The notes beneath the pieces were generated by a model, which did not search any database, was not told where the DNA came from, and saw only the letters and a list, made by a program, of their open reading frames with translations. DNA of 57,680 nt from a virus. Taxonomy: Duplodnaviria > Caudoviricetes. Shown here piece after piece: positions 7,524-17,596 of the stretch; position 1 is the first letter of the stretch, and every line of letters begins with the position of its first letter. The stretch is from IMG/VR virus record IMGVR_UViG_3300044859_001932, positions 1-57,680 of that record. One strand, 5' to 3'. The translations under genes were made by a program, and so were the position numbers.

Positions 7524-7555
7524 CAAAAGTAATATCTGTATGCGGATAAAAAAAA
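7524..7555 (-). promoter_or_regulatory. Bacteroidota-type promoter
   Basis: Minus strand TTTTTTTTATCCG...TACTTTTG matches the TAnnTTTG -7 element. Confidence 0.7.
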
Positions 7556-7564
7556 TGTTTTCAC

Positions 7565-7594
7565 AAAAAAAATCCAGACTACTGCCTGGATTTT
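7565..7594. terminator. intrinsic terminator
   Basis: AAAATCCAG/CTGGATTTT hairpin with A-run (U-run on minus strand). Confidence 0.7.
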
Positions 7595-7616
7595 AATTAT
7601 AATAAAAATTTATTTC

Positions 7617-7868
7617 TTAGAATTTACTAAGTCTAGTAATCATATTCTCACTTAGTTTCTGGTTTGGCTGCATAACAGGGGAGTTCTGTAACCATTTAGA
7701 TATGCCTAAAGTTTTGGAAGCAGCTCTCTCGTGATAAGCCTTATGAGGAAATGCTCCGCATGTTGGGCATTCTTTTTCAGAATCCTCTATACCCTTTCCA
7801 CAACCAGAACAAACATCTTGTCTACTTCTTTCCGCTATGAATTCTGTTATTGGTTTAAGTTGTTTCAT
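7617..7868 (-). CDS. zinc-ribbon protein with capsid-targeting-like N-terminus
   Basis: MKQLKPITEFIAE; CxxC...CxxC. Confidence 0.75.
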   Translation of the reverse strand: MKQLKPITEFIAERSRQDVCSGCGKGIEDSEKECPTCGAFPHKAYHERAASKTLGISKWLQNSPVMQPNQKLSENMITRLSKF

Positions 7869-7869
7869 A

Positions 7870-9117
7870 TTATACGTATCTTAATGCTCTAGAAACGTTG
7901 ATCAATCTCTTAGTTAATCCATCAATATCTTCAATCTTAGTTGCCATATCGACATACTGAGACATCTTATCGTTTCCTGTAATTAGACTTTTAATAGACA
8001 TTGATCCTTCTTTCAAAAGATACTTGATTAGAATAGCCTTAGCATTCTCGTGTACCGCTGTTGTGTCATGTTCTTTATCGAAGAAAACCGTTTGACTAAC
8101 TTCTGCAGCTGCATCGTGAAAATAATTTGAAAGAAGGCTGTTAAGTTCTTCCATTGTCTCCTTATCTTCTGCTGATGCTCTCCATCCAGGTATTACCAAT
8201 TTCTCGTCTAGTGATTTACCTTTTGCTCTTTTAAAAGTTCTTTTTGCAATAGCGATAAAAATCGCGTTAAACATCTCAATGTCTTCTAATCTACATCTTA
8301 GAGTGTTTTCTCCAGTTCTAAAGTTAACTGAGTTGATTGGCATTCTTTGAGTGTTAGTAACTGTCCAAGTTTCGTAATCTGTTTTCTGAATCATTTGACC
8401 GTACGTATCACCACCTACTAGATTTTTAATTAGATCCCCATAAAGTTCTTTAGCTCTTTCTAATGCTCTTAGATAGAAATAGTACTTAACTTTACCTCCT
8501 TTAGAAATATCTCTTACTAGGTTAACTGCTTTACTATTACTAGAGTATCTCTCAATCTTACCGATGAAATCAAGTTCGATCAACCTTTGCATTGTTGCAA
8601 GTTGCATTAACTCTGTATTAGTGGGATGAGCTAATTGATCTCCACCCATCATAGGTTTTAATCTCTCTCTAATTTGATCAAGAGTAAGTTGTTCGCCTGC
8701 AGGATACATCTTATCAAAATCAACTTTCTCGTTAACGTCTCTCTTGCTTATAAGTGAAGCGGGAATACCGTTCTTAACAATTCTAAGCCAGATGTGTCTG
8801 AAAAGTTCTTGTGGTGTATCGAAGCTAGCAAATCCGTATGTTTCTAATCCAGGTTTACTTGAGTAGTGTTCGCAACAGTAATTACCGTCCTCATTAACCC
8901 ACATAGCAGTTTTAGGCATTGAGCTTCCTCTGATTTCTAACCTGATCTTTTGATTATCTAATCTCTGAACCGTTACGTCTAGTCCTCTTTTAAGATCCCT
9001 TGCAGAAGGTAGATCGCTGTCAAAAGAATCTATTAATTCTCTTCCTGGAGGATTAAGCCAGCTTTTACTCCAATAGGCTTCTCCGATAAACTCAGAGTAA
9101 TTTGAAACTTTTTCCAT
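7870..9117 (-). CDS. hypothetical protein, putative internal head protein
   Basis: 415 aa; starts MEKVSNYSEFIGE. Confidence 0.75.
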   Translation of the reverse strand: MEKVSNYSEFIGEAYWSKSWLNPPGRELIDSFDSDLPSARDLKRGLDVTVQRLDNQKIRLEIRGSSMPKTAMWVNEDGNYCCEHYSSKPGLETYGFASFDTPQELFRHIWLRIVKNGIPASLISKRDVNEKVDFDKMYPAGEQLTLDQIRERLKPMMGGDQLAHPTNTELMQLATMQRLIELDFIGKIERYSSNSKAVNLVRDISKGGKVKYYFYLRALERAKELYGDLIKNLVGGDTYGQMIQKTDYETWTVTNTQRMPINSVNFRTGENTLRCRLEDIEMFNAIFIAIAKRTFKRAKGKSLDEKLVIPGWRASAEDKETMEELNSLLSNYFHDAAAEVSQTVFFDKEHDTTAVHENAKAILIKYLLKEGSMSIKSLITGNDKMSQYVDMATKIEDIDGLTKRLINVSRALRYV

Positions 9118-9118
9118 A

Positions 9119-10660
9119 TTATAATTTAGATTTAATTCTTTTAGCTATATTTTGCTCCTCTTTGATAACGTTTTTCATGCTTTCAACTTGAGCTGGTTTT
9201 AGGGGAAGATTCCCTTCTTCATTAAGTTCTAAAACGTACTTAATCTCTTCTATACCTTTTTCTGTTGCCTTTAATATATCTTCGATATCAGCTTTGTTGT
9301 AATCGTCACCAATAAGTCTGTCGAATACATTTAGAGTTGCTTCACTGAAGATACCATATTGTTTAAACTCGTTCATGAAGTCACTTTTCTTAAGACCTTT
9401 AACGTCGAAGATGATCTGAGCAACCAATCCCGAGATCTTCTCCCAGTCTTCTTGTGGCATGGCGCCAGCTAAAAAACCTTTTGAAGTTGCTATAAGAGAT
9501 TCGATGATGTTTCTAATAGTAAGACCTGATCCCTCTTTGTAATATCTTTCAAGAGCGATTTTAATATCAGTCTCCATTTTAATCTTTGACATCACGGTGT
9601 CAATAAGATCCTTAGGATAATCAAGTCCTTCTAAAGCATCTTTTAACGTTCTGAAATTGTTACCGTTTTTATCTCTTAATCTGTTATTGGGTCTTGTTGC
9701 ATCCGTGTGAATTGATCCGTCAGTGTTAACTGTGATTCCGATTAAACTGTGAATATCAGTAACAGGAACGTTTGAGTTAATGATGTTGATCTGTACCCTT
9801 CCTTGACCATATGACCAGAATGTTGAATCTGTTCTAATACACCAGTTGGTGTCTGCACATATTGCTCTTTGAGCTTCTGGTGTTCTTGCAGATTCCACGA
9901 TGTAACCGTTTTTAGCATAAAGAATACCTGCCATTGGACCTAGGTCCTTAAGCTTCTTAAGTAATCCAGATTCGTCTTGGTTCCAGCCTTCAACAAATTC
10001 CAATGCGTCTTTAATAACATCGGCGAAAGCCACCTTTTCATCTCTGTATTCGGGATAAGTTCTGGTGTCTTCATATTTCTTTAGACCTTTGGTGAATTCT
10101 TTCCAGGCATTTTTTCCATCCTTGTCTTTTAGTTGTTCTAATTGGTTGGAGATTTCTGTAAGGTCGTCAATTTGTTTGTCTGTTGCTTTTGCGAAAACCT
10201 TTCTCATTTTACCAGTTAATTCGCTGTAAAACTTTCTAAGTTTTCTTTTTCTCTCAATGTTTCTAAGGTCATCCCCTAAAACCTCATAACCTGGACGAAT
10301 ATCATCTTCAGTAGGTTCAACTTTAGCATAATCATTAATATCCATAGACAAATCCTGTTTTAGGTTTTGCTTATATTTCATAAGATTATCGAAAATCTCC
10401 TTTAATTCCTCCATGTGAGCTTTTTGTTCGAATCTGAATTTTACGAACATTGGAGTGTAACCAGGGAATTTTTCTGTTAAATCCTTAACCTCTTTAAATT
10501 TTGGATCTGCTAGGATCTTTTTCTTTGTTTCTTCGTCAATTTCAGAAGTTTTTATTTTTTTTTCTAGAGCATATCTCTTTAAAAGATAGTCCTTAGCAGC
10601 TTGGACATTTTCCATCAGAGCTTGTTTCTCTGAAAATGTGGGGAAACTATATTTCATCAT
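9119..10660 (-). CDS. hypothetical protein, putative internal head protein
   Basis: 513 aa; follows a GATATATA motif. Confidence 0.75.
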   Translation of the reverse strand: MMKYSFPTFSEKQALMENVQAAKDYLLKRYALEKKIKTSEIDEETKKKILADPKFKEVKDLTEKFPGYTPMFVKFRFEQKAHMEELKEIFDNLMKYKQNLKQDLSMDINDYAKVEPTEDDIRPGYEVLGDDLRNIERKRKLRKFYSELTGKMRKVFAKATDKQIDDLTEISNQLEQLKDKDGKNAWKEFTKGLKKYEDTRTYPEYRDEKVAFADVIKDALEFVEGWNQDESGLLKKLKDLGPMAGILYAKNGYIVESARTPEAQRAICADTNWCIRTDSTFWSYGQGRVQINIINSNVPVTDIHSLIGITVNTDGSIHTDATRPNNRLRDKNGNNFRTLKDALEGLDYPKDLIDTVMSKIKMETDIKIALERYYKEGSGLTIRNIIESLIATSKGFLAGAMPQEDWEKISGLVAQIIFDVKGLKKSDFMNEFKQYGIFSEATLNVFDRLIGDDYNKADIEDILKATEKGIEEIKYVLELNEEGNLPLKPAQVESMKNVIKEEQNIAKRIKSKL

Positions 10661-10680
10661 AGGGTATAATTTTATATTAT

Positions 10681-10692
10681 GATATATATATC
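10681..10692. promoter_or_regulatory. palindromic GATATATATATC, putative bidirectional late promoter
   Basis: Lies between divergent genes; GATATATA on both strands; the motif recurs upstream of many genes. Confidence 0.6.
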
Positions 10693-10710
10693 TAAATTAA
10701 AAAACCAACC

Positions 10711-10977
10711 ATGAAAGTTTTCACCAAAATAGAAGAGTTTTTGGCAACTAAGCCCCAAACAGCTCCTAGTCAGCCAACTACAAAGCCTGGAACTGCTCCA
10801 GGAACAAGGCCTACCCCTTCAAGACCGAGCCCAATCAGAAGGGATAAACCATCTGTTGAGCCAGCTCCTAAAGCTAAAGCAAGTAACGTTGTTGATAGAT
10901 TTATGAAGGAACTTAAGAAGGCCAATGCACCTATAAAATTTGACATCTCAAAATTAAAGACTAAATATGAATCTTAA
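10711..10977 (+). CDS. Pro/Thr-rich hypothetical protein
   Basis: 88 aa, coupled to the next ORF. Confidence 0.75.
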   Translation: MKVFTKIEEFLATKPQTAPSQPTTKPGTAPGTRPTPSRPSPIRRDKPSVEPAPKAKASNVVDRFMKELKKANAPIKFDISKLKTKYES

Positions 10978-12391
10978 ACCATTTACACAGCTAGTAGACG
11001 AAGCCTCTTTAAAAGATAATCCAGGAATACCTGGGGAAGGCGGAAAAGAAGGGGATTACCTTTCAAAAGTTGAAGGCAGAGCAAAAGAAAGACTTAATGC
11101 TCTTCAAAGAAGACACGGCGCTGATATTCCTAGATTCATGTCATTTGTTTCTAGAGTAAGACAAATTCAAGCAGGAAAAGAAAAGGAACTAGAAAAGCTT
11201 GCAGAAGATGCAATTAGAGCTTATTACGGGTCTATTCTAGAGGAAGTCACGTTAAACATTAAGTTTCCTAAGGATGATCAGATTAAGAAATCTATGGAAA
11301 ATGTTCCATCAGAACCCCCTGAAATGCCACAGCTTAAGGAACTTAAGGATGCTAACATCATTTCAGAAATTCAAAAAAGAAAGATAGCAAACAATATCAC
11401 TCAAGGTGAAGCTAAGAACACCAAGCTTTGTTTAAATTTACCTGAGGTTAGAGACGGTTTAACTAGAATTCTAGGACAAGAGCAAGGTACAGAGTATAGA
11501 GACCTACTTAATAAGATCACAGAAATTGCTGGATTCTTCGATTGGCAAATACCAATGGAAGTTCAGTTGGAGATGTGGACAAGAGATAAATCTGGATTCA
11601 GCGGATCAGTAACAGTTGAATGGAACACAGATAAAGACGAAGATTCAGAAGATCTTGCACAAAAGATCTTAGGTGAATTAGAAGACGACACAGAGGTACC
11701 GGAAGAAACTGAAGAACTATTCGATCAGACCCAACCTACTATTAATGCTTTAGGTACTGATTTTGCTATGTTACTTCATGAAACTGTTAAAGGAATCTAT
11801 GAACTTATAGCTGCAGTTGGTATTCCTGATGATGAGGAAACAGCAGAAACAGTCATCATGAACACTGATTCATTAGCAGATGAGATTGAAGATCTTAGAT
11901 ACGGGCCAGAAATTGCCGCAGATCTCAGAGACTTTATTAGTGCTTTCCCTGAATATGATAGCATTCCTAACTTAAGAGAACACGTTTTTGGCAAGATGAT
12001 GGCAATGGACGCTAAAGATTTCCTTGATCTTATGTATATGATACTTAATGATGATTCTAAAGCTAAACCAGTTGTACAAGAATTCATCGACGAGGTTGCA
12101 GAAGAGATTGGTAAATATGAACTAGGTCAAGCAGGAATTGATAGTGACGATGATTATGAGCCAAGTGAAGAAACACCAGGTAGAGCACCAGCAGAACCTG
12201 CACAAACAGCACCAGAAGAAATAGATTATTCGGAACTTTCTAAAAGAGAAATAGAAAAACTAATTGATAAAGCTTTAGATGCTAAAGATTTTGACACAGT
12301 TAGAGATCTTGCTAAATATTTAAAGGAATCAAAGCAACAAGATGTATTCGAAAGACTTCATAGAGAGTCTGGTTATCCATCCAATCCATAA
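10967..12391 (+). CDS. acidic hypothetical protein
   Basis: 474 aa; N-terminus MNLKPFTQLVDEA. Confidence 0.8.
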   Translation: MNLKPFTQLVDEASLKDNPGIPGEGGKEGDYLSKVEGRAKERLNALQRRHGADIPRFMSFVSRVRQIQAGKEKELEKLAEDAIRAYYGSILEEVTLNIKFPKDDQIKKSMENVPSEPPEMPQLKELKDANIISEIQKRKIANNITQGEAKNTKLCLNLPEVRDGLTRILGQEQGTEYRDLLNKITEIAGFFDWQIPMEVQLEMWTRDKSGFSGSVTVEWNTDKDEDSEDLAQKILGELEDDTEVPEETEELFDQTQPTINALGTDFAMLLHETVKGIYELIAAVGIPDDEETAETVIMNTDSLADEIEDLRYGPEIAADLRDFISAFPEYDSIPNLREHVFGKMMAMDAKDFLDLMYMILNDDSKAKPVVQEFIDEVAEEIGKYELGQAGIDSDDDYEPSEETPGRAPAEPAQTAPEEIDYSELSKREIEKLIDKALDAKDFDTVRDLAKYLKESKQQDVFERLHRESGYPSNP

Positions 12392-12407
12392 CAGTAAATA
12401 ATATCAC

Positions 12408-12441
12408 AAAAAAAGCCTAGTATATTACACTAGGCTTTTTT
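12408..12441. terminator. bidirectional intrinsic terminator
   Basis: AAAAAAAGCCTAGT...ACTAGGCTTTTTT between convergent genes. Confidence 0.85.
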
Positions 12442-12550
12442 ATTTGCTTGTGTTTATAACCCGGCTAGAAAATAGATCATTGCTCCTGCTATAGCGATAC
12501 TATTTGAATCAAGGCCAATAGTGAAGCCTCACTTAATTTTTTCATAGTTA

Positions 12551-12946
12551 TTAATAGAAGTTTGACATAAGGTTTCGATGATCAGCAGGTGTGGAAACTC
12601 TGAATGTTGTGGTATCGACATTACAAATAGTTCCGGTCTCTGTCGGTACCCCATATTTTTTTATAGCCTGTTTAATAGCTTCCTCTTCATAGAAAGCCAA
12701 TTCGGAATTCCAACCACCGCCTTTAAAATTAAAGAGATATTCTCTTCTATTATCTTTTAAGTCTTTAAGGTGCAGAAGTTCTTCTTCGGTCTCTTTGATG
12801 ATATTTTCTAAATTGTTTAGATGTGACTGGCCAAAGCTCATATGAATAGTTGGCTTAAGCTCATCTATAATAAGTATTAAACTATCTACTCTATTAATAA
12901 GGTCTGTATAACGTTGTAACATTTTATTTCTTTCCGCTTTTTTCAT
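12551..12946 (-). CDS. hypothetical protein
   Basis: 131-aa ORF. Confidence 0.7.
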   Translation of the reverse strand: MKKAERNKMLQRYTDLINRVDSLILIIDELKPTIHMSFGQSHLNNLENIIKETEEELLHLKDLKDNRREYLFNFKGGGWNSELAFYEEEAIKQAIKKYGVPTETGTICNVDTTTFRVSTPADHRNLMSNFY

Positions 12947-12953
12947 TATTGAG

Positions 12954-13304
12954 TTATTTAATTATAGGTTGGAACCAAGCTTCTTTCTGTATATAGGGTT
13001 TACTAACAGACATTAAATCAAACGAGAAGGACATTACCTCTGATTCTATAATAATAAACTCCATCCCTTCTAATACGTATCTGTCTATCTTCTTGTGTAC
13101 TCTACTTTCTTTATTAGGGAAATAAGGGCCGAAATTACCCATTGTCCGGTAGATACCTGCTTTAATAAGGGCTTCTTTAGCACGACGGAAGTCTGTTGGA
13201 CCTTCTGTTAGACCGTTTTGGTAAATCTTTGGTTGTCTCATAGTGATTATATAATTAACTAGAATTTTTAATATTGGGTTCTTAATAACTGTATAACGTC
13301 CCAA
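12954..13304 (-). CDS. hypothetical protein (start may be about 13240)
   Basis: ORF in the same operon as the exonuclease. Confidence 0.6.
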   Translation of the reverse strand: MGRYTVIKNPILKILVNYIITMRQPKIYQNGLTEGPTDFRRAKEALIKAGIYRTMGNFGPYFPNKESRVHKKIDRYVLEGMEFIIIESEVMSFSFDLMSVSKPYIQKEAWFQPIIK

Positions 13305-13945
13305 GCATCTTCTAAAGCATCGTGTGTAACTATGCCTTCTATCTTAGCTCTCTGTTTACATTCATATAAAGAAGGAATTGCTTTATCCTCAGTCCAATTG
13401 GTAAAGATCACAGATGGATCAATAATACGCTGTCTGATTCTAATAACTTGCTTCCATCTAGGTAATCTCTCTAAGAAGTGCTTGTCAAATGAAGCGAAGT
13501 TTTTTCCCGCCACGTTGATAGTAACTGGTTTCATCTTTGAGGTTAACGCAGGATAGCTCTTTCCATTTTCTAATTTAACCATCTGGCTCTTAAATTTCTC
13601 CATATCAAATTCGACTACACCGTTATCGAAAAGCCATCGATATAATCCTTCAACAGCCTGATCCTCCTGATAGAACTGCATGCCAGTCATCTGAACAATA
13701 TCATTCTTCTCGTCTTGATCTTCCGCTGTTTGATATTGCACAATAGCTTCAATAATCTTCTTGTTCATATTGAGTGCAAAAGGCGAACCTGTGATCTCGT
13801 TATGTAAGATAGCTGCGTGGAACTTAGGAATCTCTTCGAAACTAAGCTTCTTTGTTGTGTCTTCGAGAATTGCACCGATTGAAAGGATCTGATAGCGATC
13901 TTTTTCCAACCCTGTTGTTTCGACATCTATTGAAAGGTATACCAT
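13268..13945 (-). CDS. DEDDh 3'-5' exonuclease (DnaQ/oligoribonuclease-like)
   Basis: SIDVETTG, NFASFD, HDALED motifs; start corrected to ATG 13945, downstream of the promoter at 13986-14017. Confidence 0.88.
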   Translation of the reverse strand: MVYLSIDVETTGLEKDRYQILSIGAILEDTTKKLSFEEIPKFHAAILHNEITGSPFALNMNKKIIEAIVQYQTAEDQDEKNDIVQMTGMQFYQEDQAVEGLYRWLFDNGVVEFDMEKFKSQMVKLENGKSYPALTSKMKPVTINVAGKNFASFDKHFLERLPRWKQVIRIRQRIIDPSVIFTNWTEDKAIPSLYECKQRAKIEGIVTHDALEDAWDVIQLLRTQY

Positions 13946-13985
13946 ATTGTTTGTTAATTTATAGGAATTTATTCGTTTGTTGTTC

Positions 13986-14017
13986 CAAATGTAAGATAAA
14001 CACTCGGGTAAAAAAAA
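13986..14017 (-). promoter_or_regulatory. Bacteroidota-type promoter
   Basis: TTTTTTTTACCCG...TACATTTG. Confidence 0.7.
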
Positions 14018-14053
14018 TAAAAGCGGGGGATATATAAAACAAAACAAAAAACT

Positions 14054-14884
14054 ATGCTATTAAAAAACGGATCTAAAGGAAAAGATGTAAAAAAACTCCA
14101 AGAAAAATTAGGCTTAGCAGCCGATGGCGCTTTTGGACCAGGCACCGAAGCAAAAGTAAAAGCGTGGCAAACAGCTAACGGATTAACAGCAGATGGTGTT
14201 GTAGGAGACGGAACTTGGGCTAAGATGTTTGGCTCAGCTCCAGTAGCAGCTCCAGTAGCAGCTCCTGTGGTTATACATCCTTCAGCTTTTAAACTAGAGG
14301 CTTTAAAAGGACACATTCCTGATGCAGTTATTGCACAAATCCCAGATACCGCAGTTAAATTCAACATCACAAACACATTAAGATTAGCTCACTTTTTAGC
14401 TCAGTGTGGACACGAATCAGGAAACTTCAAAGCAGTATCTGAAAACTTAAATTACTCAGCTGATGGTCTTAAAAAGATCTTCCCTAAATACTTCCCTGGA
14501 GCACTAAACGAATCTTATTCAAGAAATCCACAGAAGATTGCTAACAGAGTTTATTCTTCTAGAATGGGTAACGGAGACGAAGCATCTGGAGAAGGATTCA
14601 AATTCAGAGGTAGAGGTTTTATTCAGCTAACCGGAAAAAGCAACTATGCAGCATTTGATAAATTCGTTGAGGATGATATCATAGGAAACCCTGATTTGGT
14701 TGCTACTAAATACCCTTTAATGTCAGCAGCTTTCTTCTTCAATAACAATAAGCTTTGGACAATTTGCGATCAAGGGGCTACTGAAGATGTAGTAAAAAAA
14801 GTTACATTGAGAGTAAATGGTGGTCAAATTGGATTGCAAGACAGAATTAAACACTTTAAAGAATTCTATTCTCTTTTAGCATAA
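14054..14884 (+). CDS. endolysin: peptidoglycan-binding domain + GH19 lysozyme/chitinase-fold domain
   Basis: DGAFGPGT...WQ...DGVVG PG-binding repeats; HFLAQCGHES, ENLNYS, RGRGFIQLTG. Confidence 0.92.
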   Translation: MLLKNGSKGKDVKKLQEKLGLAADGAFGPGTEAKVKAWQTANGLTADGVVGDGTWAKMFGSAPVAAPVAAPVVIHPSAFKLEALKGHIPDAVIAQIPDTAVKFNITNTLRLAHFLAQCGHESGNFKAVSENLNYSADGLKKIFPKYFPGALNESYSRNPQKIANRVYSSRMGNGDEASGEGFKFRGRGFIQLTGKSNYAAFDKFVEDDIIGNPDLVATKYPLMSAAFFFNNNKLWTICDQGATEDVVKKVTLRVNGGQIGLQDRIKHFKEFYSLLA

Positions 14885-14902
14885 TAATTCTCTTAATCTT
14901 AT

Positions 14903-14928
14903 AAAAGGCCTAGTAATCTAGGCCTTTT
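14903..14928 (+). terminator. intrinsic terminator
   Basis: AAAAGGCCTAG-taat-CTAGGCCTTTT. Confidence 0.8.
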
Positions 14929-14973
14929 CTGTGAGGGCCAGAAAAAGATATATAGTTCTAAAAACCCACTAAA

Positions 14974-15825
14974 TTGGCAACAGTTAGAACATTCGCATAC
15001 AACTCAGGAACAGGAGTAACCGGAACAACACAGGTTGGCTATATAGCAGCAGGTGCAACCGCTGCTGATTATGGTGCAGGACTCACGTGGTGGAAAGGTC
15101 CGGATGAGGATCCTGGTTATGTTATATGTCACACATCTGGAGCTAGAACAGCTGGGCAAAACTCGTATGTCGTACCTGCGCCAACAATAGGATTCTGGAG
15201 AAGTGCATTAAAAACGGAAGCAAGCTTTCTTTCGTTGTGTAATGGTCTATTTAATCAGGGATTTGTTAATGCCGGAACTGCTTTATCTTGGCTGAACGCG
15301 AATGGGTATTGGGCATCATATGCAGATCCACTTATTGCAGGTTTATATAAGACGACTTATTCAGGATATTTTGCAGATAACGTTAGTTTCTTTGCAACTG
15401 CAACCCCTGCTTCTGTAGGCGGAAATCCAGCTACTTCCGTACAAACTACTTCTATATTTGAACCGTCTCAAGACGACGGAGAAACTTTCAGTTGTCAATG
15501 GTTAGGATATTTCAAACCAACAACAAGTCAAACATATACATTTTATACATCATCGGATGATGCTTCGTATGTATGGGTTGGAGCAAATGCTATATCTGGA
15601 TTTAGTACAGCAAATGCAGTTGTTAACAATGGAGGTCTTCATGGAACCTTAGAAAAATCTGGGTCTATTGGATTAACTGCTGGTACCTATTATCCAATCA
15701 GAATACAATTTGGGGAATTAAGCGGTGGAGATGTAATGACTTTTAGTTTCTCAACATCAACTATAACAAAAACAACAAATGTAACGGGTTTGGTTTTCTA
15801 CAATAATACAACTAACGGATTCTAG
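14974..15825 (+). CDS. PA14-domain protein (putative virion/adhesion protein)
   Basis: WLGYFKP...YTFYTSSDDASYVWVG...NNGGLH...YYPIRIQFGE. Confidence 0.8.
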   Translation: MATVRTFAYNSGTGVTGTTQVGYIAAGATAADYGAGLTWWKGPDEDPGYVICHTSGARTAGQNSYVVPAPTIGFWRSALKTEASFLSLCNGLFNQGFVNAGTALSWLNANGYWASYADPLIAGLYKTTYSGYFADNVSFFATATPASVGGNPATSVQTTSIFEPSQDDGETFSCQWLGYFKPTTSQTYTFYTSSDDASYVWVGANAISGFSTANAVVNNGGLHGTLEKSGSIGLTAGTYYPIRIQFGELSGGDVMTFSFSTSTITKTTNVTGLVFYNNTTNGF

Positions 15826-15852
15826 ATTCGTATAAAAAAATAAATTAACAAC

Positions 15853-16152
15853 ATGGAAAAAAAAGAACCGCAAAATCAACAAAGTCCAATGAATGGATTT
15901 GCTGATACATTTCTTTCAAAACTCAAAGAACAATCATTCACCATTATAGTTATGGTTGGTATAATTTGGTACCAAGGTAAAATGATGGAAGAGCGAGTAG
16001 CATATTGGCAAAAACTATATGAAGACCAAAAAGCCTATATTGAACAAACGGCAAAAGAGGATAAAGCAATTATGCTAGGTAGAATAAACTATCTTCAGGA
16101 GCAAAGGGACAAGTATGTCGAGGATGCAATAAACGAATTAAAAACAAAATAA
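15853..16152 (+). CDS. single-TM coiled-coil protein (holin-like candidate)
   Basis: Hydrophobic FTIIVMVGIIW; near the endolysin. Confidence 0.55.
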   Translation: MEKKEPQNQQSPMNGFADTFLSKLKEQSFTIIVMVGIIWYQGKMMEERVAYWQKLYEDQKAYIEQTAKEDKAIMLGRINYLQEQRDKYVEDAINELKTK

Positions 16153-16160
16153 ACTAAAAA

Positions 16161-17567
16161 ATGGCAAAGAAAAATAAAAAGCAACCAAATAAAGTTGAAT
16201 CAAAAAAGAAGGAAGTTAGTGCAGGTGCTAGCATTTCTGCAGAAGTTAGCGATAATGTTTCTGTTCAAACAGGAAACGAAGAAGTAGGTGCAAGTGCAAA
16301 CGCATCTTACGATGCTAGTGCAAGTGCAGGTGCACATGCAGAAGCAGGTATCGACGGAACAATGGCTTCCGCATCGGCAGAAGCTAATGTCCATGCTGAA
16401 GTTAATGCTGAAGCAAATGCAGAAGCTCATGCTAACCAAGATTTAGGCGGCGGGGTAAGTATAGGTGCAGAAGTAGATGCCCATGCTGAAGCTCATGCAA
16501 GTGCAGACGCAAGTGCGGAAGCTCATGCAGCAGCAGGATGGGACGGATCAGATGCTAAGGTGGAAGTCGGGGCAAGCGTTGAAGCTAGAGTAGAAGTAGA
16601 GGCAAGTGGAGAAGCAAGCGGCAAAGCTGGTATCGATACTCCAATAGGAGAGGTAGCAGTGGAAGCAAATGCAGAAGGACACGCAGGTGCTTATGCAGAA
16701 GCTCATGCTGGTGTTCATGCAGATGCTTCAGTAGGGGAACATGGAGTATCAGCTTCGGGTGGTGCAATGGCAGGTGCTAGTGTAGGTGTCGAAGCAGGTG
16801 GAAGCGTTGGTGTAGATACTCCTATCGGAGGTGCAGAGGCAAGCGGAGAAGTAGGAGCTAGCGTAGGATTACAAGTTGGAGCAGAAGGTGAAGGCCATGC
16901 AACATACAATGAAGGTGAGGTTAGTATCGGGATCAGCGGAGAAGCAGCTTTATTAGTTGGATTGGATGCTGATGTAGATTTAGATTTAGATCTAAATCCT
17001 GCTATTGATTTAGGTAATGCAATCACAAACGGTGAAGCTGAAGAAAAAGCTAGATTAGCTGCAGAAGCAGCACAAAAAGAAACTGAAAGATTGGCAATGG
17101 AAACTCAAGAAGCTGCAGAAGCTGCTCAAAGAGAATTTGACAGAAAAGCTAGAGAAGCTCAAGAAGCCGCAGAAGCAGCGCAAAGGGAATTAGATAGACA
17201 AGCTAAGGAAGCTGCAGAATCTGCTCAGAGAGAATTTGACAGAAAAGCTAGAGAAGCTCAGGAAGCTGCAGAAGCAGCACAAAGAGAATCGGATAGACAA
17301 GCTCAAGAGGCTAAAGAAGCTGCAGAAGCAGCACAAAGAGAATTGGATAGACAAGCTAAGGAAGCTGCAGAAGCTGCTCAGAGAGAATTAGATAGAAAAG
17401 CTAGGGAAACACAAGAAGCTGCAGAAGCAGCACAAAGAGAATTGGATAGACAAGCAAGAGCTGCTCAGGATGAATTAGATAGACAAGCAAGAGCTGCTCA
17501 AGACGAACTTAATAGAGCTGCTAATGAAGCTAGTAAATCTAAATGGAATCCTAAAAACTGGTTCTAA
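16161..17567 (+). CDS. repetitive Ala/Gly/Glu-rich protein with C-terminal coiled-coil repeats
   Basis: AxAxA strand-like repeats followed by about 8 EAAEAAQRE(L/F)DR repeats. Confidence 0.8.
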   Translation: MAKKNKKQPNKVESKKKEVSAGASISAEVSDNVSVQTGNEEVGASANASYDASASAGAHAEAGIDGTMASASAEANVHAEVNAEANAEAHANQDLGGGVSIGAEVDAHAEAHASADASAEAHAAAGWDGSDAKVEVGASVEARVEVEASGEASGKAGIDTPIGEVAVEANAEGHAGAYAEAHAGVHADASVGEHGVSASGGAMAGASVGVEAGGSVGVDTPIGGAEASGEVGASVGLQVGAEGEGHATYNEGEVSIGISGEAALLVGLDADVDLDLDLNPAIDLGNAITNGEAEEKARLAAEAAQKETERLAMETQEAAEAAQREFDRKAREAQEAAEAAQRELDRQAKEAAESAQREFDRKAREAQEAAEAAQRESDRQAQEAKEAAEAAQRELDRQAKEAAEAAQRELDRKARETQEAAEAAQRELDRQARAAQDELDRQARAAQDELNRAANEASKSKWNPKNWF

Positions 17568-17596
17568 TTTAATATATACGATAAAAAATATAATCA

